This document shows, piece by piece, positions 47,786 to 57,118 of a stretch of 64,000 nucleotides of DNA. A model generated the notes under the pieces. That model had not been told where the DNA came from. It worked only from the letters and a program-made list of their open reading frames with translations, and ran no database searches. The translations under genes and the position numbers were made by a program. How positions within the stretch are numbered: the first letter of the stretch is position 1; each line of letters begins with the position of its first letter. The stretch lies in IMG/VR virus record IMGVR_UViG_3300032116_000004, positions 62,001-126,000 of that record. One strand, given 5' to 3'.

Positions 47786-47994
47786 ACCAACGGATTAGAG
47801 AACTTGCTGAACAGGCCAATCTGACTATCGCGACCAGTCCACTGTGGGAACACAAAGTTCAAGAATTCGCCCAGTTGATTGTTAAAGAGTGTGCTGAGAT
47901 TGCCGATGTAGAACGACCTAGTTCGCTTGGATGTGGATATATCACCAAGACCAAAGGCATGTTGATCAAAGAACATTTTGGAGTCAAAGAATGA
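47782..47994 (+). CDS. Small phage protein, MN.RIRELAEQA...KEHFGV family
   Basis: Paralog of the previous gene. Confidence 0.7.
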   Translation: MNQRIRELAEQANLTIATSPLWEHKVQEFAQLIVKECAEIADVERPSSLGCGYITKTKGMLIKEHFGVKE

Positions 47995-48716
47995 AAGTTT
48001 ACATTTCTAACTATCGCCATCACTGGTATAGTCCTTACAAGATCCTAGAATATACATTTTTCTGGACTGACTGGAGCCGTTGTGGTCGCTGGAATCTCAC
48101 GCAAACTCTTGAAGACGAAAAGAGAGAAAAGAGCCAGTGGGTGGACCATCCTGAGTGGGTGGACCGCTGGGCGGATAGGATCGAACCCATGAGCCGCGCC
48201 ATCCAGTGGGTGTTGGACAAGATCCATCCGCCCGTGAACTATGTCAAGATCGATCACTGGGATACCTGGTCCATGGATTCCACCCTGGCCCAGATCGTGT
48301 TGCCCATGTTGCGACAACTGCAAGACACCAAGCATGGTGCTCCGTTTGTGGATGATGCAGACGTGCCTGAGCATCTGCGTAGCACTGCCGCTCCGCCCCG
48401 AGAAAACGAGTATGACACTGATGCCAATCACTTCCTGCGTTGGGACTGGGCTATTGGTGAAATGATCTATGCATTTGAAATGAAGAACAAAGATGATTGG
48501 GCCTCAGAGTTTCATTCAGGCGAGATTGATATGCTGTGGGTGCCAGTGGACAAAGATGGCAACGAAGTCGCCAAAGGCGAACACAAATATATGGAGATGC
48601 GCCGTGGTCCCAAGGACACACATGAAATCGACATGGACGGCATGAAGGCTGTGCAGGATCGCATCTCCAACGGATTCCGATTGTTTGGCAAATACTATGA
48701 GGCACTATGGGACTGA
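47991..48716 (+). CDS. Conserved phage protein
   Basis: DTWSMD.TLA.I..PML.QL...KHGAP, GFRLFGKYY..LWD. Confidence 0.8.
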   Translation: MKVYISNYRHHWYSPYKILEYTFFWTDWSRCGRWNLTQTLEDEKREKSQWVDHPEWVDRWADRIEPMSRAIQWVLDKIHPPVNYVKIDHWDTWSMDSTLAQIVLPMLRQLQDTKHGAPFVDDADVPEHLRSTAAPPRENEYDTDANHFLRWDWAIGEMIYAFEMKNKDDWASEFHSGEIDMLWVPVDKDGNEVAKGEHKYMEMRRGPKDTHEIDMDGMKAVQDRISNGFRLFGKYYEALWD

Positions 48717-49420
48717 CCGCAAACGCACCCCGCACCATCCATGAATTGCTGTCAGAATGGGTGGATGATGTGCGAGATAAAAAACCCGTGCAAGAACTGG
48801 CCTTTGCCGATGATCCCATCGCTCTAAGCTGGGCCAGTTATCATGTATGGCAGAAATTTCCTACCAGACGCTGGGTCAATCTCAACGAAGTGGATGCCCA
48901 TCAACATGATCGTGAGATAGCGGCAGTGACTCGCAGATACTATAGAGATCGCTTTACCATGCAGGTGCTTAGAGGCAAACCATTGACAGCGTTCCAGACC
49001 GTGCTGTATGGCATCGTGTCGGGCGAACAGTCTATCATGTCAGACCAGATGGGTGCGCTGATGAAGATTCCATATTTTTACATAGAGGATGTGGCGCTGG
49101 ACGCCATGGTAACCCAGACCCAAAGCGTTGATCTCCCGGGTGGTTATGCAGTGACCGCCCACGAACAGACTATCACGCCTCTGACCTATGTGTTCGCCAG
49201 TCGCAAGAACCAGGAAAGCCATCAATGGTGGTGGACTGATCCCGAAGGTCATGCAGTGCAGTGGTCCGTGAACACTGCAAATCCCTTGGCCAGCGTGGTG
49301 CGCAGTCTCTATGAGCGAGGTCAGCCCGTCGGTGTGCGAGCGTCTTGGCATCCCACTCGCCATCGCGGCACCCGGCAGAGCACAGTGTATTTCAGGATCA
49401 GCAACGTGGAGTTGATATGA
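48707..49420 (+). CDS. Hypothetical protein
   Basis: Coupled ORF, 237 aa. Confidence 0.7.
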   Translation: MGLTANAPRTIHELLSEWVDDVRDKKPVQELAFADDPIALSWASYHVWQKFPTRRWVNLNEVDAHQHDREIAAVTRRYYRDRFTMQVLRGKPLTAFQTVLYGIVSGEQSIMSDQMGALMKIPYFYIEDVALDAMVTQTQSVDLPGGYAVTAHEQTITPLTYVFASRKNQESHQWWWTDPEGHAVQWSVNTANPLASVVRSLYERGQPVGVRASWHPTRHRGTRQSTVYFRISNVELI

Positions 49421-49656
49421 GTTTGAAACATGCCGTGGATGAACTCACACTGGCACTGCATGGTAGAACAGCCCGGCAGACTCTGACACGAGATACATAC
49501 CAACAATGGGACAGAGGATTCATCTTCGATGCCATGCGCGATCAGCGATATGGCCAGGCGTTCTGCAACGAGTTTGGAATCACGGACAATTTCTTGTATT
49601 ATGAACGAGACATACAACGTGCCCGAGAGCGCATACACCGGCACTATCTGCTGTGA
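49417..49656 (+). CDS. Hypothetical protein
   Basis: RYGQAFCNEF motif. Confidence 0.65.
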   Translation: MSLKHAVDELTLALHGRTARQTLTRDTYQQWDRGFIFDAMRDQRYGQAFCNEFGITDNFLYYERDIQRARERIHRHYLL

Positions 49657-49853
49657 AATATCAAGTGAGATTCCGGCAACAACAGCAGAACTGTTGTCCA
49701 CCTAAAAAATATTGGTTGGTAAGGACCGAAGTCGTAGAAGCAGATTCTCCTGAGCAGGCCCAACAACAGGTTGAACATGCATGGAGATACAACCATGCCA
49801 TAGAAATCAAGACAGTAGAGGAAATCAATGACAAGCAACACAAAGGAATCTAA
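49653..49853 (+). CDS. Hypothetical protein
   Basis: VEADSPEQA motif. Confidence 0.5.
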   Translation: MKYQVRFRQQQQNCCPPKKYWLVRTEVVEADSPEQAQQQVEHAWRYNHAIEIKTVEEINDKQHKGI

Positions 49854-50315
49854 GTGAAACTGTATTTCGCCTATGGTGCCAATCTCAGCCACGAAAGCAT
49901 GGCCCATCGCTGTCCTCGTGCCCGCCCATTCCAATCATTCTATCTGCGTGGTTGGCAACTGGATTTTGCCACGCATGCCACAATACGACCCAACCCAGGA
50001 CGATCGGTGCCCGGTGCGCTGTGGCGCATCACTGACGACTGCGAAGCCAGTTTGGATGCCTTTGAAGGTTACCCTCTCTATTATTCCAAAAGGATCCTGG
50101 CGCAGGACGGCTACGAATTCATGGTCTATATCATGAACCGACCCCAATATGGATCAACCTATTGGAGTTATGTAGACCTCATAGCCCAAGGCTATCAGGA
50201 TTGGAATCTGGATACCGAGCCACTTTGGCAACAGGTTGACCAGATATTGCTTCCTGCGTATAATGAAAAAGAACAGTGGACGAAGTCACCAGACAAAGAT
50301 TCCGTGCCGTTTTAG
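49854..50315 (+). CDS. Gamma-glutamylcyclotransferase (AIG2-like)
   Basis: YFAYGANL, M..RCP, LDAFEGYP..Y. Confidence 0.85.
   Translation: MKLYFAYGANLSHESMAHRCPRARPFQSFYLRGWQLDFATHATIRPNPGRSVPGALWRITDDCEASLDAFEGYPLYYSKRILAQDGYEFMVYIMNRPQYGSTYWSYVDLIAQGYQDWNLDTEPLWQQVDQILLPAYNEKEQWTKSPDKDSVPF
50236..50264 (+). promoter_or_regulatory. Internal early promoter
   Basis: TTGACC-17-TATAAT. Confidence 0.6.
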
Positions 50316-50542
50316 CGGCCAATGGTTACCAAGTGCGCGACGGGGACAGTTTCCGCCATGCCACCGAAGTGATCAAACCATTTGGTGCCATAGACGACAT
50401 CATACGATGGTGCAAGTCCGAATGCCGCGAAGATTGGCGTTGGCAGATGGTGGATATGAGTTCTGATCATCGTCCGGGTAGATATATTTTTTACTTTGAC
50501 AGCGATCAGGATTATTTTGCTTTTACTTTGAAATGGAGTTGA
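50276..50542 (+). CDS. Small protein of the F-x-L-x-W C-terminal family
   Basis: WC......W, FYFDSDQDYFAFTLKWS. Confidence 0.7.
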   Translation: MDEVTRQRFRAVLAANGYQVRDGDSFRHATEVIKPFGAIDDIIRWCKSECREDWRWQMVDMSSDHRPGRYIFYFDSDQDYFAFTLKWS

Positions 50543-50544
50543 CT

Positions 50545-50799
50545 ATGAACATACGAGGTTTTTTACGTTGGCAGTTTGAAGGCACACTGAGCAGTCCCAG
50601 TTTTTATGGCTTTGCGTTGACCATCCTGGCTTTGGTTGCACTAGCGGCCGGATGCCCCAAACCCTGGCCCATGATCATGACGATCCTAGGTGGTGCTATC
50701 GTGGTCATTGACGCGGCCCGTGCTTGGTTTCGTTTCAGTTACACTCTATACGATCTAGAGCAGAAACAGATCGAGCGCGAATTGAAAGGTCGACAATAA
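50545..50799 (+). CDS. Two-TM membrane protein
   Basis: Hydrophobic. Confidence 0.6.
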   Translation: MNIRGFLRWQFEGTLSSPSFYGFALTILALVALAAGCPKPWPMIMTILGGAIVVIDAARAWFRFSYTLYDLEQKQIERELKGRQ

Positions 50800-50951
50800 T
50801 GAAAATCCTTGCTATCTTGATCGCTGGCTTGTCTGGCGCCATGTTTGCCCTGACCTGGAACACCCCAGCGGCCGTGGCCTGGGCCATAGCCTTCTGTGGA
50901 TGGGTGCCACACTGTTTCAGTTCCGAGGAGAGCATCAATGGCAACTCGTAA
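50799..50951 (+). CDS. Small membrane protein
   Basis: Hydrophobic, coupled. Confidence 0.5.
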   Translation: MKILAILIAGLSGAMFALTWNTPAAVAWAIAFCGWVPHCFSSEESINGNS

Positions 50952-51960
50952 ACAGAAACAAGATTTGATCAATACTTTGAAATTCACCCCTCGCACCTAT
51001 CGTGTGGAGTTGGGTGCCTATGGCGGTGAAGTGTATGCTGGTCGCGTTGATCGCAAAATCTACCAATACTTCCAGAGCCGCAATATTGATTTAGACGAAT
51101 TCGCATCTGACTGGGACAACGAACTAGAAGTGCCCGATGAAATGCAACCTTTTCCTCCTGGATCGCCCTACGAATGCGATGGCTTAGTGCATGCATCAGG
51201 CGCAACCATGGACGATACCAACTATATCACTGTGTATGACGAAAACGGTGAAGAAGTTTGGCGACACAGCCTAGATCTCAATGCCCTGGACGATTCTGAG
51301 ATTCCAGTCAATGAGTGGGAATCATTTACCATGGACGATCTCAAAAACGGTGAAGTGGCCTACTGGGGAGCACAGGGTGAAAAGGGTCTGTTGTTCGGTG
51401 GCGAATTTGAAATCAAGGAACCGTTTGATCCCAAGAAACTCATGTTGAATTTCTCCAATGCTGATGGATGGTATATCTGCAACGGAGTTGACTACGACGG
51501 TGAGTCCATCGACAACAACGATCTCAGCACCACAGGCAAGTGGGGCGAGAACAAATGGATCTTTGGTGGAGACGAAGAAGCCTATGATCCCTCTGATGCT
51601 GTTCCAGAAGGCGAAGAAAACGGTGGTGCGGGTTGGCCAGCCAGTTACTACCCCGATGATGATGAAAAGATTTCTTTCAAGTTTAAAAAACACAAACCGG
51701 TGCATCAAGGCTGGTATGAATGCAACTGGGGCTATGGTAACACCTTTGGCAAACTGTATTGGAACGGCACGGCATTTGTAGATTTTGAATACAACAAAGA
51801 GCAATCCATCGATCAGGATGGTGTGGTTTCATGGACAGGATTGAACTGGGACACGTCTGACTGGAACAACTGTCCACAATCAGATGAGCCAGACGAACCA
51901 TGGGATCCGGCCTTTGAAACTGGCCAAACAGTGGCATCCAAAAAATCCTGGCCTTTTTAA
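50938..51960 (+). CDS. Acidic hypothetical protein
   Basis: GGAG RBS; YGGE, EKG..F, PFDPKKL. Confidence 0.75.
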   Translation: MATRKQKQDLINTLKFTPRTYRVELGAYGGEVYAGRVDRKIYQYFQSRNIDLDEFASDWDNELEVPDEMQPFPPGSPYECDGLVHASGATMDDTNYITVYDENGEEVWRHSLDLNALDDSEIPVNEWESFTMDDLKNGEVAYWGAQGEKGLLFGGEFEIKEPFDPKKLMLNFSNADGWYICNGVDYDGESIDNNDLSTTGKWGENKWIFGGDEEAYDPSDAVPEGEENGGAGWPASYYPDDDEKISFKFKKHKPVHQGWYECNWGYGNTFGKLYWNGTAFVDFEYNKEQSIDQDGVVSWTGLNWDTSDWNNCPQSDEPDEPWDPAFETGQTVASKKSWPF

Positions 51961-51981
51961 ACTTCAATTTAATTTCTCATC

Positions 51982-53121
51982 ATGACATCATATTTTAAAA
52001 CTGCAACCAAAGGCACCAATCCATTTGCACCTCCTCCCAAAGACATCCAGACACCTTTGGTATCTACGGGCAATATCTACGAACCTCTGGTACAACGTGC
52101 CATGGGCATCGCCAACGAAGATGTAATTGAAAAAGCCATTGAATCGCTGAAGGCTAGACTTGGTGGTCAGCGATACAAACAGGAACACTTCGGTCGCCTA
52201 GAACTGATTGATCCAAATCTGATTGACATCAACATTGATATCCAACGTCTGCTGGAAAAAGCGCACATCGGTGGCAACATCATTGAACTGTTTGATCCCA
52301 GGATCATGCAACCTTTGAACGTGATCTACATCAAGGCCACTGGTCGCTACAGTGCCTGGGAGGGCCAACAGAGTGGAACAGCCTTTGCACTGATGTTTTA
52401 CTTTGGATTGATCGATCCAGACACACTGATTCAGTGCAAGGTTGTGGATGATGATCTTGAGGTTCCAGGATCCACACTTCGAGGTGAAGCAGTGGGCAAC
52501 TATGGTTTCCGTTGCATCAACTACAAAGGTCGCAAAGAGCCCGATCTGTTCTATATTTTCCGTAGCATGGTCAATGGTGTCAGATTGTATGACAGTGAAC
52601 TTACTGAAGACCTGCAGGCCAATGAGATACAGAACATGCTACAATCGCACAACATGTTTGCCGCTCCCGGAGTAGAAGCACAAGGTCAACGAGCCAAACC
52701 CGGTATGGTAACCCATGTCAGTAGCATGCTCAAGCTGGCCGGACATGGCACTGAACCTGACCACTTTGAAGTGACCAAGGGTGATCTTGACTGGGTGCTC
52801 AAGTGGCATGATCAGTTCTATGCCAGCGAAAAAGGTGTAGATGGCGGCTATCTCATCACGTTTGGTAGATTCGCTGTGCTGTGTCGCAACCAAGGCATAG
52901 AAATCACTCGCGAGCATGAACTAGAATTCTACAAGCACATGAAACGCTATGGGTCGCCTAAAGCGTTCCATCAAGACTGCTGGCAACGCTACAAAAAATG
53001 GGCCGGATCGGGATGGAAGGATGCCTGTCTGTTGCCCATCTGGATCAAAGACTACATGAAAAAAGGAGGCACACTGCCTCTGCCCACAGTGCCAAACTAT
53101 GACGAATACAAGTCTCTCTGA
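51982..53121 (+). CDS. Divergent ParB/Srx-like domain protein
   Basis: IDIQR.L...HI...I...FDP..., WEGQQ in place of DGQH. Confidence 0.55.
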   Translation: MTSYFKTATKGTNPFAPPPKDIQTPLVSTGNIYEPLVQRAMGIANEDVIEKAIESLKARLGGQRYKQEHFGRLELIDPNLIDINIDIQRLLEKAHIGGNIIELFDPRIMQPLNVIYIKATGRYSAWEGQQSGTAFALMFYFGLIDPDTLIQCKVVDDDLEVPGSTLRGEAVGNYGFRCINYKGRKEPDLFYIFRSMVNGVRLYDSELTEDLQANEIQNMLQSHNMFAAPGVEAQGQRAKPGMVTHVSSMLKLAGHGTEPDHFEVTKGDLDWVLKWHDQFYASEKGVDGGYLITFGRFAVLCRNQGIEITREHELEFYKHMKRYGSPKAFHQDCWQRYKKWAGSGWKDACLLPIWIKDYMKKGGTLPLPTVPNYDEYKSL

Positions 53122-53467
53122 CGCACATAATTTTTACCTTTGGCGCCATCGTTATGTGGACGATGATACCGAAGCAGTGATCACACGCACCTGTTTTGGT
53201 ATCACTGGCAATCTCGATTCCAGGCAAAATGGCTATGAAGGTCATGTGGGACACGCAGTGCGCTGGGCGGCCACTTGGTCTGGGCCCGAACGCCCTATCC
53301 GAGAACTGGAACATCGTCTCAAGGCAGCCTTCCGTGATTATCTCGTCAGCGGACACAATGACTATGTATATGAGTGGGTGGACGAAACCATACCATTCGA
53401 AACCATCCGCAACTGGGTGGAGTGGGAAGTAGAAAACACATTTTCTGATATCCGCCGTGACACATAG
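53099..53467 (+). CDS. GIY-YIG/T5orf172-like small protein
   Basis: FYLW...FGIT....R...Y...ELE..LK...EW. Confidence 0.5.
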   Translation: MTNTSLSDAHNFYLWRHRYVDDDTEAVITRTCFGITGNLDSRQNGYEGHVGHAVRWAATWSGPERPIRELEHRLKAAFRDYLVSGHNDYVYEWVDETIPFETIRNWVEWEVENTFSDIRRDT

Positions 53468-54182
53468 CATCTACCAGCAGGACTGTGTAGTGGGCATGCA
53501 GGAACACGTGGCCGATGGCACAGTAGATCTCATATTCACTGATCCGCCCTATGGCATAGCCGGTGATCAACTAGACACGCACTACAATCGAGACGACAGC
53601 AAGGTCATCGCCGGTTATGTGGATGTGCCCAGAGATCAATATGCCCAATGGTGTCATGCCTGGATCCAGGAATGTGAGCGAGTGTTGCGGCCCGGTGGAT
53701 CCTTGTATATCGTGTCTGGCTATTCAAATCTACATCATATTCTCAACGCCTTGCACTACACACAACTCGAAGAAATCAATCATATCATCGCCCAATACAC
53801 CTTTGGAGTATACACCAAAAAGAAATGGGTCTCGAGCCATTACCATGTGCTGTTCTGGTCCAAGCGAGAACGAGGCCAACAGAAGAGGATCTTCAACACA
53901 CATTGTCGTTTTGCTGATACCACAGAATCATACAACGACCGACTCAGTGTGCAGACCTTGCCTAGAGAATACAAGACGGGCGAGATCCGCAACAACAATC
54001 AGTTGGCCGAATCGTTCATTGAAAAGTTCATCGATTACAGTTCCAATCTAGGAGACTTGGTGCTGGATCCCTTTGGAGGATCGTTCTCCACGGGCCGTGC
54101 CGCTCTCCGGTTGGGACGTAGATTCGTTGGATTCGAACTCAACCCACACGCATACCAACATTTTGGGCAGACCCTAGGTTAG
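53457..54182 (+). CDS. Beta-class DNA adenine methyltransferase
   Basis: TDPPY, VLDPFGGSFST, GFELN. Confidence 0.9.
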   Translation: MTHSIYQQDCVVGMQEHVADGTVDLIFTDPPYGIAGDQLDTHYNRDDSKVIAGYVDVPRDQYAQWCHAWIQECERVLRPGGSLYIVSGYSNLHHILNALHYTQLEEINHIIAQYTFGVYTKKKWVSSHYHVLFWSKRERGQQKRIFNTHCRFADTTESYNDRLSVQTLPREYKTGEIRNNNQLAESFIEKFIDYSSNLGDLVLDPFGGSFSTGRAALRLGRRFVGFELNPHAYQHFGQTLG

Positions 54183-54229
54183 TGCCCACTGACCCCGCGG
54201 TTGACCAGAAATAGCCATTTTGCTATAAT
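54175..54229 (+). promoter_or_regulatory. Palindrome plus early promoter cassette, copy 4
   Basis: TAGGTTAGTGCCCACTGACC (reverse complement of copy 1); TTGACC-17-TATAAT. Confidence 0.85.
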
Positions 54230-54255
54230 TAGGACATACTTTAAAAAGGAGCCCT

Positions 54256-54522
54256 ATGAAACTGGACCCATGGACGCAGTTCAATCTCAGCAGAGAAGAT
54301 CAACAGTTCTTCACAGCATTCGCCAGCCCCACCACAGAATCCAGCCTAGTCAAAGATGTGCCCATTGGCGCCCTGGAACAGGTGCGCCCTATCCTGGCCC
54401 GCATCCGAGCCCTCAGCGGACGCAAGACCTACATCATGTTCCGTGGGCGCAAAAATCGATACCACGGGCAAAGCACCACTTGGAAACAAGATGCCAACCG
54501 TTTTGCGGTGTATTTTAGGTAA
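54256..54522 (+). CDS. Early hypothetical protein
   Basis: AAGGAG RBS. Confidence 0.7.
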   Translation: MKLDPWTQFNLSREDQQFFTAFASPTTESSLVKDVPIGALEQVRPILARIRALSGRKTYIMFRGRKNRYHGQSTTWKQDANRFAVYFR

Positions 54523-54582
54523 GTGGGCACTAACCTACGGGTTTTTGCCCAGGTTGACCGAAATTTACCATTTTGCTATAAT
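54516..54582 (+). promoter_or_regulatory. Palindrome plus early promoter cassette, copy 5
   Basis: TAGGTAAGTGGGCACTAACCTA; TTGACC-17-TATAAT. Confidence 0.88.
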
Positions 54583-54614
54583 ATAGGTATAGTAAATGAT
54601 AAGGAGTTAGCCCT

Positions 54615-54914
54615 ATGTTAAAAAGAACACTGAAATTCACCAATGCCGCGGACATCGATGACATCATCCGTGCATACGATTTCAAACCCATGGCAGGTCG
54701 TGAAGACTGCTATGTGGAAGGCAAGGTCATCACCAAAGGTTACAATCCTGAAATGGGTTATTCATGTTTCTGCATCAAAGCCACCCGTGACGTGTTCGGT
54801 GGTGAAGACCAGCCCGAAGGAACCCGAGGTAGCCGAGTAGGCAAACTGGTCTACGTGCCTTTTGAAGTTGATTTCCTCGAGCACGATGCTCGTATCATGA
54901 ACCTTTCCAAGTAA
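54615..54914 (+). CDS. Early hypothetical protein
   Basis: IRAYDFKP...DCYVEG. Confidence 0.75.
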   Translation: MLKRTLKFTNAADIDDIIRAYDFKPMAGREDCYVEGKVITKGYNPEMGYSCFCIKATRDVFGGEDQPEGTRGSRVGKLVYVPFEVDFLEHDARIMNLSK

Positions 54915-54924
54915 GGAGCCCAAA

Positions 54925-55266
54925 ATGGAATACACTCAAGATCAAGTGAACGCAATCGTGGCCGAAGCCAAAAGCGAAGCATTCAAGGCCGCAGACAATT
55001 TTTTCCAGACTCGTTTGGGCGGCCGAGACCAGATGGCCTGTGGTTTTGCCTGGGTTGACATCTTTGGTATCAAAGGTAATACCCGATTGGGTCGCATGCT
55101 CAAGACAGCAGGTCTGCGCAAGAGTTACTCAGGCGGTCTGCAGATCTGGAACCCAGCCAATTATGGTTGCCAGAACGTTGACACTCTTGAAGCCGGTGCC
55201 GAAGCGGCCGCCAAGATTTTTGAGAAGTATGGTTTCCGTGCCTATGCTGGTAGCCGCTTAGACTAA
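54925..55266 (+). CDS. Conserved early phage protein
   Basis: CGFAWV, Q....EAGA.A.A..F..YG..A...SRLD. Confidence 0.8.
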   Translation: MEYTQDQVNAIVAEAKSEAFKAADNFFQTRLGGRDQMACGFAWVDIFGIKGNTRLGRMLKTAGLRKSYSGGLQIWNPANYGCQNVDTLEAGAEAAAKIFEKYGFRAYAGSRLD

Positions 55267-55275
55267 GGAGACAGC

Positions 55276-55467
55276 ATGAAATTTGAAGACATCAAAGCCG
55301 AAATCTCCCGTAGCGACATCGTGGTGTTGAAACAAAGATACGAACTGTATCGTGATCTCAAAAGCATGGGAGTGGTTGACATCATGGTGCGAGATTTGCT
55401 AGAATTAGAACTTGCTCGCCGGGGTGTGTTTGAAGACCTTGGCCCTTATCGAACCATCAATAGTTAA
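55276..55467 (+). CDS. Hypothetical protein
   Basis: AAGGAG RBS. Confidence 0.65.
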   Translation: MKFEDIKAEISRSDIVVLKQRYELYRDLKSMGVVDIMVRDLLELELARRGVFEDLGPYRTINS

Positions 55468-55476
55468 GGAGACAAT

Positions 55477-55944
55477 GTGAACTGTTCACCTACACTGACC
55501 GCAGAAGAATTCAAAGTGTTGCACAACAGCCTCTGTGCTTTGAGCACTATCGACCATCCTCGAGTGTCTGAATTAGTCGAACGCATCCGCGAGGTAGCCC
55601 TCAAAGGTGCCTACGAGCAAGATTCGGCGGCATTCGACCGCAAATGGAAACAATATGATCATTGGCGTGGGCACTACGGGCTGACCAGCACCTGGAGCAT
55701 CTACGAAGTGGACAACATGACCCTATGCCATCCCTACAAGGACGCAGAGTATGTGGTCTATGATCAGCACTGGGGCGACGGTGGTGAAGTGGTTCGCAAG
55801 ATCGAAGGCCGAGATTGGAATGCCTTGTATCGCGCCGCTGACTCTGCCATACAAGCCTCGGGCGATGGCCATCATTGCTTCATCGAATCATTTGAGCCCA
55901 TCGCTGATAAACCCGGGCATCTGCGGTTGAGCACCGGCAGTTGA
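55477..55944 (+). CDS. Hypothetical protein
   Basis: W..LY.AAD..I..SGD.HH.FIE.F motif. Confidence 0.75.
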   Translation: MNCSPTLTAEEFKVLHNSLCALSTIDHPRVSELVERIREVALKGAYEQDSAAFDRKWKQYDHWRGHYGLTSTWSIYEVDNMTLCHPYKDAEYVVYDQHWGDGGEVVRKIEGRDWNALYRAADSAIQASGDGHHCFIESFEPIADKPGHLRLSTGS

Positions 55945-55945
55945 T

Positions 55946-56284
55946 ATGAGCAAGACCGTGGCGCTGATGTGGGATTGTCTGGGCTTGGAGGCCGCTGTGA
56001 ATGTCACTGACATCAATCAGCAAAGAATGTGGGCCGCACTAAAAGGGCAGGATCTGACCAAAGTGCGAACCGAGCCCAACCTCATGCACTGGCGTTTACG
56101 AGCCCAGGCCAACACGCAAAGGCACTACGAGATCTATCTCTTGGAAATAGAGGATGACATCACTGTGGAAGATATCACTCAGGCATTCGAAGATGCTCCA
56201 CAACAGATGGCCGATACTGTGCGGAGGATTGGTCATAAATTTTATTCAGATCGAGCGAGAGAGGATACAATAAAGATTAGGTAA
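55946..56284 (+). CDS. Hypothetical protein
   Basis: WDCLGLE, LRAQANTQRHYEIY. Confidence 0.75.
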   Translation: MSKTVALMWDCLGLEAAVNVTDINQQRMWAALKGQDLTKVRTEPNLMHWRLRAQANTQRHYEIYLLEIEDDITVEDITQAFEDAPQQMADTVRRIGHKFYSDRAREDTIKIR

Positions 56285-56293
56285 GGAGAAGAT

Positions 56294-56491
56294 ATGCAAG
56301 TGAAACAAGGAAGTCTGTGGAGCAGTAGCGACGGCAAAGAATTCGTGGTGCTCCATGTGGTAGATGTAGATGGACACACCTGGGTGCATTATCGTGACCA
56401 GGAGTGCCCTGAATGTCATGAACATTCATGTTATATAGAAAGTTTCTTAGAACGTTTCACACCAATAATCAATGACCGGAGGACGAGATAA
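56294..56491 (+). CDS. Hypothetical protein
   Basis: WVHY, SCYIESF..RF. Confidence 0.7.
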   Translation: MQVKQGSLWSSSDGKEFVVLHVVDVDGHTWVHYRDQECPECHEHSCYIESFLERFTPIINDRRTR

Positions 56492-56901
56492 TGGGTCTAG
56501 ACATGTATGCTTACGCGGCCGCCCGCGCTGGACAACAAAAAGAATTCTGGGACACGGCTGAGTTGGCCCAAGGTAGCAACGAATATGAGAGCAAGACCGT
56601 GGCCCGACCCAGAGAGATCGCCTACTGGCGCAAGCATCCCAACCTACACGGCTGGTTTCGGGCCGAATGGGAAAGCCTGGGCAACGAAGGTTCGTTCAAT
56701 GGTGATGAACTGGAGATCACCTGGGACATGCTGGAACGCCTGGAATACGATGTGCGGAATGGCGAACTGCCCCAGACACAAGGTTTCTTCTTCGGCAACA
56801 ACTCCGATGCTGACTACTACAACGATGACTTAGAGTTTATCAAAAACGCCCGTGCGGAATTGTTCATGGGTCTCAAAGTATTCTACAATTCATCATGGTA
56901 A
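56491..56901 (+). CDS. Conserved phage protein
   Basis: MGLDMY, YWRKHPNLHGW, LP.TQGFFFG, YNSSW. Confidence 0.82.
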   Translation: MGLDMYAYAAARAGQQKEFWDTAELAQGSNEYESKTVARPREIAYWRKHPNLHGWFRAEWESLGNEGSFNGDELEITWDMLERLEYDVRNGELPQTQGFFFGNNSDADYYNDDLEFIKNARAELFMGLKVFYNSSW

Positions 56902-57116
56902 AAGAAACCGATTTCAGACTTTGGTTGCGCCACATGTGGTTGGCCAATTGCGAAGAGCATGATGCTTATGGTGAACCACCTTATTCCATGACGGAATACT
57001 GGCGCCAGTATCGATGGTTCTTGCGCACTCAGTATCGCCGACACAAGAATCGCCCGCAGTATATTTCTCCAGAAATCCGGAGCATCATGCGCCCACCGCA
57101 GGACGCAGGGTGCTAG
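56895..57116 (+). CDS. Hypothetical protein
   Basis: Coupled ORF. Confidence 0.6.
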   Translation: MVKETDFRLWLRHMWLANCEEHDAYGEPPYSMTEYWRQYRWFLRTQYRRHKNRPQYISPEIRSIMRPPQDAGC

Positions 57117-57118
57117 AA

